Positions 51,528 to 61,700 of a stretch of DNA of 64,000 nt are shown piece by piece. This DNA is from Protoeuglena noctilucae (Eukaryota). The DNA lies in the NCBI GenBank assembly GCA_958009085.1, contig OY253669.1, forward strand, positions 434,001 through 498,000. Reading direction: 5' to 3'. The notes beneath the pieces were generated by a model. It searched no databases. It was not told the DNA's origin and saw nothing but the letters and a program-made list of their open reading frames with translations. The position numbers were made by a program, and so were the translations under genes. How positions within the stretch are numbered: position 1 is the first letter of the stretch; every line of letters begins with the position of its first letter.

Positions 51528-54500
51528 TCAGCTGGTGATGATGTCGTGGACCATCTTGGACACGTCGGTCGTGTCGCCGCGGGACGTCACGTGGATGGCC
51601 ACCTGCCCGGCCCCGTCGACCCCGAACCGCACGCGCGCCAGCACCCGCGCCTGCCCCACCACGTTGCCCGACAGCAGCAGCGTGTGCGACCGGGCCGTCA
51701 CGGGCACCACGTCCGTCCCCTCGCACGGCCGCATCCCCAGCGTCGCCGTCACCGCCGCCACCGCCTCCTCCAGAGACTCCCGCGCCCCGAGGCCGTACTC
51801 CTCCGCAATCTGCGAAGCAAGGCGTTGTTACTCCTTTGCTGCCCTGTCCCGCTCACTCGACGACGCCAACAACCATGGCGATGGACGCAGCACCCGGCCC
51901 TCTCCTATCTCTGGCATGACACGGCATACCAGCATCACATTGTGCAGTGACGTTCGCGCATTCCCGACTCACCTCCGACTCGGAGGGCAGCCCCTCCCAC
52001 GCCTTGCGGAAGTTCCCCACGCTCTCGCGCCGGATGTAGTCCGCGGGCGTGATGTGCACCTCCTCCAGGTTGTACTCGTCCTGGTAACCCTCCTCCTGGG
52101 TACAATAAACCAACAGGCGCAGATGGTCGCCTTGGAAAGCACCCCGCATGCACCGCCGCGCACTGCGTCGGTGGCCAACCATGCAAGATGGCAAGACCAG
52201 CGCTCGCCCTGCCACTACGCCCCCAGTCTCACCTCGACCTCCCCCGAGTTGGGGTCGACCTCCTTGAGCGTGAAGGAGAGGGTGCAGCCGACGGCCCCCA
52301 CGCAGAGCGCCCCGGGCGCCTTGCTAAGGCACACGAAGGTGAGCCCCGGCTGCCCCGCGCCCTCCAGCGGCATGGCCGGGAGCGGGATCGCGAACTCCTC
52401 CGCGAGCTCGTCGGCCGCGGACAGGTCCACCACCACGCGCACGTTCTCCAGCACCTGCTCGCGGATGGTGTTGACGCAGGCGAACTGCAGGAGCACAGCA
52501 CGCTCGAAGACGTGCTTCACCAACGACACGCGGTACTCCATGCCCTCCTCCAGCAGCGGCGTCTCCGGGCTGCTGTGCAGCACGGGGCCCAGCGCCGCCA
52601 GTTCTGGCACGGACGCCAGAACGTCCGCGTACCGCGACGGCCCTGCCTCCTCGGCTGCCTCCTCCGGCGCCGGCGCTGCGTCCGCGGAGTCCCCCGCCGC
52701 CGCCACGACGCCGCGCACGGCGGCCGCCAGGGTCGACATCCCCGTCCCGCCCTTGGCCTCCGGGATGGCTGCCAGGTCGAACGGCTCTTGGGTGTCACCC
52801 GCCACGTACTCCTTGAGCTGAGACTCGAGGACGTCCAACGGGAGCTTGCGGGTGGCTGCAAAAATGAAGAATTGGGTGCTGTGAGACTTGTTGCTGGGCT
52901 TGGGTGCGGGAGGCCGGCGTTTGGCTCTAGCAACCGAGACCCCCTGTCGGCCCCACAGGACATCGCCCTTCCACAGCGCTCACCGGTGGCCTTGAGGAGG
53001 TCGGGCGACATGGTCTCGAGGACGCACAGGGCGAGGGCCACCCGGTCGCGCACTTCGTCGTCGTTGTCGTTGACGGCCCTTCGCAAAAGCACCATGACGC
53101 TGGGGCGGACGGCGTCGACGGCGCGCGCGAGCTTGAAGAGCGCGGAGACGGCGGCGGCGCGGACGGCGGCGTTCTCGAGGATGACGCGGTTGAACATGAA
53201 GCGGATGTAGCGGGAGGGCTCGGCCGAGCGCGGCGCCTCCTCCCCCAGCAAATGGAGGATCTGGGCGGAGAGGTAGGGGAACTCGCAGTCCTCGATGAAC
53301 TCGCAGAGGTGCGCCATCCCCGGCTCCTTGGCCTCCGGGATGGCCTCGACCAGGCTCAGGATCGACTCCACCAAAGCACGCTTGTAGTCGAAGCCACCCT
53401 CCTCCCGCAGCGCCCCGGCCAGGAACGTCATCAGCGCGCGGTGCTTGTGCGGGAACTTGAGGCACAGGACGCGGATGGCCGAGACCACGACCACTTTGAA
53501 GTCGTCACTGATGCCGGCCATGAACGTCGACAGCTGCTTGAGCAGCCGGTCCACGCTGGCCTCGGTGCCCGTGCGCAGCAGCGTGGTGATGGCCACGGTG
53601 GCGATGGAGCGGTTGGGGCCCGACACGAGGTTCTCCAAATCCACGTTGCAGGGGGCGATGGCGTCGGGGGACCGCACCGCCACGCGCCCGAGGATGCGGA
53701 CCGTCGCGAAGCGCACCACGGGGCGCGGGGAGGACAGGAACATCTGCAGCGCCGTCACGGCCGGCTTGAGCTCCTGGGGAGAGACGTTGTTGAGGGATGC
53801 AATGGCCCGTGCCGCCTCGAAGACGACCATCTCCGACCGGTGGCGCAGGGACTGCTCCAGGAAGGGGTAGTAGGGGCGCGGCTCGCCCTGCGTGCCGGGC
53901 TGCGGACGCGGGGGCGAGGGGCGGCGTGACGGCGTGGCGGTGGGAATGGGTTTGTGCCTGGTTAGCAAGTGGGGCCCGGGGAAGGGTCGCGAGGCGCCCC
54001 GATACTTCCCTCGCTGTGCTCTCTGTCCTAGATCACCCAGTGGTATCTCCGTGACTGGTTAAAGCATCTTGCCGCCACGCCACTCGCCTGGGAATCCTTG
54101 AGGACCTCCGCCACGTACCGCACTTGCAGGACACTGGGCATGGGGGCGCGCGTGCCGGCCTTCTGCAGGGACGCGACGAGCTTGGACACGGCCTGCCTGT
54201 CCTGCGCCCAGAGCGCGTGCTGCAGGGCAATGGAGAGGAACTGCACGGAAGCATGGGCGCTCTTCATCCCCTCCTGGATCTCCGGCAGCCACCGCCGAAC
54301 CGTCTCGAGGCTCCCGCGCTCGGCGAGCTTGTACGCGGACGCCAGGGCGCTCGACGCCACCGCCGGGTTGCGGTCCACCACGGCCTGCTTGAAGTAGCGC
54401 TCGACTTGCTGCAGCATTCCCGGGTCGATGATCGACGACAGCACGCGGATCGAGTTAGCGCGGTACAGGTCGACGGGGGAGTTCATGTCCTTCATCAGCG

Positions 54501-55457
54501 AGGCGATGATGATGATCACCTCCTCCGGCTGGGCGCTGCGGGGAGCGGGGGAAGTTGGGCGGGCGGTTGGGAGCAGGCGTGGCATCCCGGTGCATGACGC
54601 GAGCGTGTGCACCGCGACCGACCCCGGCGCCACGGCCTCCGCACGGGGACTGTGAGTATCATGACTGCGCGACGGGGATTCGGCGAGCATCTCGCCTGAA
54701 CTCTTTCACCAGGAGGTAGACCAGGCGGCGGAGGTGCTTGTTGGCGAGCTGGAAGAGCTTCGTCGAGGCGAAGAAGACGTCTGTGGCCTCTCGCTTGGTG
54801 AACATCTCGCCCTGGCACTTGAGATAGAGGAGCTGGACGATGACGGGCAGGCACTGCGGGGAGGGAAACGGCTGGGCGGGATTCTGCGCCGATGGACCTC
54901 CCGCGGCGCGCAGCGGGGCGCGCGGCCGGCCCGGGCGGCTCTTCACCTTGCTTGCGGTCACGTCCCGCTCGCCAAAGACCCGGGCGCCCTGCAGGGCCGC
55001 GGCTTTGTCGATGCCGTAGAAGGGCGAGTACATCGCTGCGCAGGGTGGAGGACAAGCGCGCATGTTACGGCACGGATGTCGAGCAAATCGAAAAGATAAG
55101 CAAATGGCCGCGTGAAAAGGGCTTGATGGGGATTGAAAGGGGCAGGCACACAAAGGGGGCAGAGAGAGGGAGGAAGCACGCAAACTCGGCGCTTTGCCGC
55201 TCAAAAGAAGCCAAACTCTGGACAAATGCCGATCTGTGCTCTCGATGAGTGCATCGCAAGCGAGGCATGAGGCCCCCGCGCGCGTAAGATCGCTGGGAAG
55301 TGCAGGTGGCGCAGCGAGGGGCGCCGCTGCCCGCGACGAGGGCGACGGGGCGTGCGGTGAGCGCACCCCGATGCGCAGGCTCACCATCCCCTTCCAGCTC
55401 CTCCTTCTTGCCCCCGCTGCGCAGCGGCGCCTGGTTGTCCTGGGCTGTCGTGGCCAT
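51528..55457 (-). CDS. COPG: Coatomer subunit gamma
   Basis: SPFYGIDKAAALQGARVF, FFASTKLFQ, LMKDMNS...YRANSIRVL, EMVVFEAARAI, HLCEFIEDCEF, LENAAVRAAAV, EGYQDEYNLEE; GC donors at 54695 and 54087. Confidence 0.96.
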
Positions 55458-55907
55458 GATGCCCCGCTCCCCCACCCGTCAGCGCCTTGCGCAGATCCGC
55501 GCTCCCGACCCTGCCAGCTACGACTCCGTAGACCCCTGTCGCCCCGGGAGGCCGCTGAGTAAGGCGCCGGGGCCCACCCCGCGCTGGACGTGGGCCGAGG
55601 GGTATCGCCGAGCGATCCAGATGCGAGGCCGATGGATGCGATGCTTGCGACCGGATCCGCAAACGCAGGATCGAGCGCAGCGGGGCCGGGTCAAAGCGCT
55701 GGGGGGCGTGTCAGACAGGGCATCCAACGGGCGTCAACAGCCCAGCCGGCAGCGCCGCGTGGCCGGACTGCGAGTGCTGCACTGCGTCACCTCCCGCGGT
55801 CGACGGCCGCGCCCCGAGATAGGGAGAGAGCCCCGGATTTGGCCGCGGGCCCCGCTGGAGCTCCTCCCCCTCGTCCTCACCCCGCCGATCGCCCGCCAGC
55901 GTATGAC

Positions 55908-57785
55908 ATGGGTCTCAAAATCCTCATCGCCGGCGGGAGCGGGTACCTGGGCCAGCACCTGTGCCAGCACTTGGCCAGCCATGGGCACAAGGTGCGCAGG
56001 CCTTGTCCCGCGCGCTTCCGGCTCGTTGGCACTCGGCCTCGCTTTTTTGCGAGACGGAGTCCGCATGCGCTGGCCCAAGCACGGCGCTCCCGCTGCCGCA
56101 CGCTGGTTCCCGCGATCTTTGTCATGCGCGAACGGCACACCATCTCTCGGCCACCCTGCGCCGCGGACACCGGTCGCGCGGACGAGTGCTCTCGCGGTCG
56201 TCGTCGCCCCGCTGTCAGCTGCACACGGGCAGCCTCCCGCCCTTTGGCCCAAGCGACCCTGCTCGGATGCGCAGGTTCGCTACACGTTCAACACCACGGA
56301 CGCCGCGGAGCTGGAGGAGGCCACCAAGGAGAATCCTGTGAAGGGATACCAGGCAAATTTCGGTGAGCAGTCGATCGTCGCCGCGCGGCTGCCGCGGGGA
56401 CCAGCGGAGGGATGCGGTCGCAGCACACGGCTTAGCGCGGCTTCCCACCACAGCCACGGGGGAGGGCCTGGACGTGATATGGTCAAAGTGCAAGGTGTTC
56501 GACGTCGTTATCAACTGCGCGGCCGTGTCCCAGCCGCGGCAGTGCGAGGCGGACGAGGAAGGAGCTCTCGCCATCAACGGTGCACACGCTGCCCGCGCAG
56601 GCCCGCGCCGCCGCCGCCGCGCGCGCCGCGCTTTCCAAATTCCTCTCTCCTTTCTCCCGCAGTCCCGCGACACCTGGTGGCCGCGTGCCAGCGGCAGCGG
56701 GAGGAGGAGGGCCTGGCGCCGCTCTTTGTTCACTTCTCGACCGATCAGGTGTACGACGGGAGCAGCAAGCCGGGGGGCGCGTGGGCGGAGGGCGATCCGA
56801 CCGGGCCAGTGAACGCGTACGGGCGCACGAAGCTCGCGGGGGAGCGGTTCCTGCAGGAATCGTGGGACAACCACGTCATCCTCCGCTGCAGCCTGATCGT
56901 GGGCCGCCAGCCACCCGTCCCCGTGTCCCGGCCCCTCTTCGCGCAGTTTGTGGAGGAGGCTCTCCGCGAGCGCAGGCCCACCGAGTTCGCCGCTGACGAG
57001 TACAGGCGAGCGAGCAGTCGTGGATGCGATGGGTCGCTGGCGGCGTGCGGCTCATGAGATAGCCTGTGAGCCTTAGGCTATCTGTGAGATACCTAGGCCC
57101 TTGATGGACTCGATGTAATTCGAACCGTGACCTGCTCTTTTCACAGGTCGCCCATCTTCGTCCAGGACATCTGCCACACCGTCAACATGCTGCTGGTGCG
57201 GGCGGGCATGGCGAACCACACGCCCCTGTCTGTCAGGGACGACTGCAGCTGCCCGCTGGGGTTCAGCCGCCTGATCAACCTGGGGGGCCCGGAGCGACTC
57301 AGCCGCCTCGACATGGCGCTGGCGGTGGCACGGGCGTTCAACTACGATACCGACTCCGCCGTACCGTCCACCAGCGGGGCACTCGACAGGTACGGGCGCG
57401 CGACATCCGGGGCAGTGGCGTTATAAGAGAGTGTTGTCGGTGCTCTGATTATGGATGGGAGAGAAGGGGTGGATGCTGCAGGGTGGTTGTAAGATGGGCT
57501 GGTGAGGGTCCTTGTGTGTTGACGCGCCCACGTGCTCTCCACCGCCCGCATCGCAGGGGCTACGCTTCGCCGCTGGACATCTCGATGGACGTGTCGCGTC
57601 TGACGTCAGAGATCAAGATTCCCCTGACGAGGTTCGAAGATGCCCTGCGCCGCATCTTCAGCATGCCGGAGTCGCCCCCCAGGGACGAGCCGTCCGGGGC
57701 AGGGGCGGGCGAGGGGGCGGGGGCAGCGAACGGGGCGGCTGACGAGAACGGGGGCGGGGCCGCATGTGCAAAGAGCGGCACGTGA
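55908..57785 (+). CDS. RmlD/MAT2B-like NAD(P)-binding extended SDR
   Basis: ILIAGGSGYLG, VINCAA, FSTDQVYDG, PVNAYGRTKLAGE (YxxxK), DEYR|SPIFVQD, NLGGPERLSR, PLDISMD; GC donor at 57006. Confidence 0.9.
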
Positions 57786-58747
57786 GGGGGCGCCCTTGGG
57801 AGAGAGAGAGGGCTGTCGGGATGGTGACGTCGTTGGGGTTCGTAAACCCTGTGGTCCCATCTGCGGTGCTGTCCGCTTGCCGGCCACCCGACGGACAATA
57901 TCACGGCCCACACAAGCGCAGGCGAACTCGGCTGCTGTGCGTTCGCATGTGCAGCCCTCACAGTGCTGCTGCGCATGCGCCCTGCAGGCTGTTCCTCACT
58001 CCCGCTGCCCCGCGCCACAAGCCGGCCCTGCCTTGCCCCCCCCCTTTCTCGCGAGCAGTTTGCGTGTGTTACTCGTCACTCTCGGGATGCCTCGCCTGCC
58101 CCTGTCCGTCGTCCACCGCTCTTGTGCCGAACCCTTTGCTGCCTGCGTGCCTGCCACCCCGCACGTCAGACACATGTCAGACTCGCGCACTGACGCAGCG
58201 GGCGGGTGTCACGTGCCCGTCGCCCTAGTGACGCACGGCGCGGCACCCGCCCCGTAGTAGAGCAGAGAAGGCATGCGCTGCGGGGGTGGGGTGGGTGCCC
58301 ACTCCCACCGCCCCAGCGCCGCCGCATGGCTAGCGCAGTCTGCCCCACTCCTCCCACGCGCCTTTGCGGTGGGCCATGGCCCCGCTCGCTTGTGGTAGCT
58401 GTCACGGTGTAACATCGGCGTGGCCAGCTATCACGGCGCCCACCGCTGTATATGTTGAAGGCGCGCGTGCGGAACTGCCTTGTTCATATCAGCAGCGCTA
58501 TCACGATCGATCTTTCGCATACGACGCTACACACAGCCGCTGACTACCCTCCTGGACACCTCCACTTGCCCGAAAACACAAATTGCTTCCTTCCCCAAAA
58601 GTGACCGTCGCCAATTATCGCAAACAACCTCGACCACCTCCCACTGCATCCCCCACCCTGCTAGACCCCCCGCAGGCTCCTTGTTAATCGCCCTCCCTGC
58701 TTCCTTCATCACCCCCTGCTCCATACCTCAACCCCCTCCCTCTTATA

Positions 58748-61700
58748 TCACCCCCCCATCCGGAAACTCGCCTCCCCTCGGTCCGGGCTGGTCCCGGCAC
58801 TCACCGCCCCCACCCGCCCGTCCCCATGCCCCACCGACGGACTCACTCCGGGGCTCAAGGCGTGCGCCCGCAGCGTCCCCCCCGCACTCTCCGCCCCCCC
58901 ACCACCACTTGGCGACAGTCCCGCCCCAGCCCCCTCCCCCGCACTCCTCGTGCCAGCTGCCACAGCGGCACCCTCGAACTCGTGACTCGCACCACCCGGC
59001 GACGGCCCTGCGTTGTGGGCCACCCCCGAACTGTGGGCTGCCCCCGTATTGTCGGCCGACGTCGGCCCAGCCTGTGCCACGGTCGCAGCCGCGTCCCTCG
59101 CGCGCGCCAGGTGCCGGGGTGTGAGTAAATCCGCGAGTCGGAAGACGGTCTTACGCACCGCAGCGGCGGCGGCGGACGCGGCGGAGGAGAGCGTGGTGGC
59201 CTGGGTGGCGTTGGTGGCGGTGCGGTGGGGGCGGTCGCGGGGGCTGCTGTCTACGGAGCCTGGGGGGAAGAGGAGAGAGAGGGAGAGGTGGGTGGGTGAT
59301 GCGTGGCGTGAGGTGCGACAGCTCCTGAGCTTGTGGGTGTCCCCAGGTGGTAAGGGTGTGTGTGGTCATTTGGTCAAGGCAGGCACCCGTGCACATACAT
59401 GACAGTGCATACACAGGACCATGCATCTCTGTGCTAAATGCATTTCCTCCACACGCATGTCCCCCTCACCGTCGTCTGCGTCCCTGGGCCCCTCCATCTT
59501 GGCCACCCCCCGCTCCCACACGTCCAGCACCCACCGCGTCATCCCCACGGCCGCACGGCTGCACGCGCCCACTGCGGGGTTGACACCGGGGAACGCGGTC
59601 ATACGCGGGTCATGGGTCAAGCGCGTCATACGACTGTCCCTCTGCTGATATGTCCCTCTACTGCTATGACGGAGACCTCGTTGCAGCATGCACTCCCAGC
59701 TGAGTGCCTCATGCAACTTTCCCCTCTCATCGCCCTCTCACCGATGTCCGGATCAAACATGGGGCTCTGCGCGATGTCCCTCATAGCATACATAGCAGTC
59801 ATACTTATCACACATATCATGATTAAAGTCAACCATTGTCATGCAATTCTCATAACCCCCTCACCGATGTCCGGGTCGAAGAAAGGGCTCTGCGCGATGT
59901 CCCGGAGCTTGCGCCACTTGGTGGGGTGCAGCGTGGGCCGCAGCTGCCGGCACTGCCGCATCTGCTCCAGGAAGTCGTCCACGCTGAGCATCGCGCGCAC
60001 GCACGGGGCCCAGTAGTCCTCCTCCATGCGCCGGTTGTAGAAGTCGTGCGTGCGGACGGGCTCTGGGGGGGAGGGGTGTGTGTGGGGGGGGTTGGACCGG
60101 GGGGGTTTGGGGGGGGCTGGGGGGTATGGGGCGTGGGGCATCGGCGTGGTGCGGAGGTAGCTGGTGCCAGCAGTCGGAGTTGGCTCCTGTCGGGAGCCCT
60201 ATTACACGTCAAAAATGTGAATGTCACCCATGTGACACGAAGTGCTGTGGTACCGTCAATATACCCCACTCACCGATGCCCAGCAGTACGACCACGGCGG
60301 ACATGACCAGTTGTGACAGACACGAGACAGTAACACTAGTACAGCCCCACTCACCGATTCCCAATAAAATGGCCACGGCCGACATGACCAGTTGTGACAT
60401 ATACATGAGCTATTACTGCTACTAGTACTATTGACACCATGACCATACTCACCGATGCCTAGTAAAATGGCCACGGCCGACATGACCAGCCGCACGGCCT
60501 TGTCGGGGGAGCGGAGGCCGCGGAGCTCCACCACGTCGTTGCGGGAGACGAACTGCGAATGGAGGGAGGTGAGACGCAATCAGTGTACATCATATACATC
60601 ATAGTTATGAGTTATGGATACCTATGATGACCAGTAGGTGTCCCAGGTACAGTGCCATACATACATCGCTCGATGCAACTACGCATCGCATCTGACCTCT
60701 TCTATACAAATACATCACGAGTACATCCTAATCAAGTGCTGTCAACAATCATACGTTCATCTCATCAGCACCCGTTCCCCTCGCCCCTCGCCTCGATGTG
60801 GTGGACTAGTGGTGTTGACAAGCGTGCATACGCATCATCGCATCAGCACCCCTCATACATCCCCTCGCCTCGATGTGGTGGACCTTCTTGGAGATGCTCC
60901 TCCCATCGACATGGGGCGTGACCATCTTGAGCGCCTTGCTGCTGGTCGTGCGCATGAAGTGGGGCCGCAGGTCGCCCACGATGGCCGGGCTGCGGTACCG
61001 GGAGCTCCGCATGCTGGTGACGCCGCTCTGCCGGCTCTCCACGCTCACCACCGACTGCACATCGCCGTCGCTGCTCAGCGTGCGCGCCTGGCTCATGCGG
61101 CGGCGGCTCGACTGCGATGGGGGAGGGGGGGGGGAGGGGGTTGGTGGGTGAGTGAGTGAGTGAGTGCCATGGCTCATGCGGCGGCGGCTCGACGGGGGGG
61201 GAAGGGGGGGCGGGTGGGTGGGAGTGATGGGGGGTTGCTAGGTGAGTGGGTGGTTGTGGTGGGGGTGCAAGCAGTGACGCGAGCGGTGAGGTGCCGATGC
61301 CAATGCTACTGCCAAAGCCGGTGCTCATGCTCATACTCATGCACATATACCAATGCCAATGTTCATCCCCCCCCATCTCCCAGGTCACCTGCGTGGAGAG
61401 CATGAAGTGTCGGCTGCCGTTCTCCACCGAGTTGCGGCCGGGGGACGAGGCGGCGTCCCTGGGGGCAGGGTGGTGGGGGGCGTGAGGTGCGTGGGAGATG
61501 GTGGTTTTGTGCAAGCGGGCATGTTTGTGAGGGGGAAAGGCCAAGTTCACCTCCTCCCGGCAGATGGAGAGCCTTGCATCTGTCTACAATATCACGACCC
61601 ACCCATCTTGCACTGTATATTCCCCCCCCACCCCAACAATCCCCCCCACCACCCCCCCTTCCCTCGCCTGGCCAGTGACCCCTGCCGCGACCTCAGTGGC

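Noticed and set aside
56353..56364. Apparent GC donor AG|GCAAAT in the RmlD-like gene
   Set aside because: A GT donor 11 nt downstream gives the correct phase (YQANF|ATGEGLD), so it was not counted
57057..57083. 9-bp inverted repeat (agatagcct/aggctatct) in an intron
   Set aside because: Too short to distinguish from chance; no target-site duplication or second copy
130..57555. Introner-like repeated introns shared between genes
   Set aside because: No intron sequence family shared across different loci was visible by eye; the repeats found are local. An all-vs-all intron alignment would be needed to exclude it fully.
60268..60489. Repeat-spacer-like arrangement resembling a mini CRISPR array
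   Set aside because: The repeats are copies of an exon end plus splice donor in a eukaryotic gene; they are not palindromic and there are no cas genes
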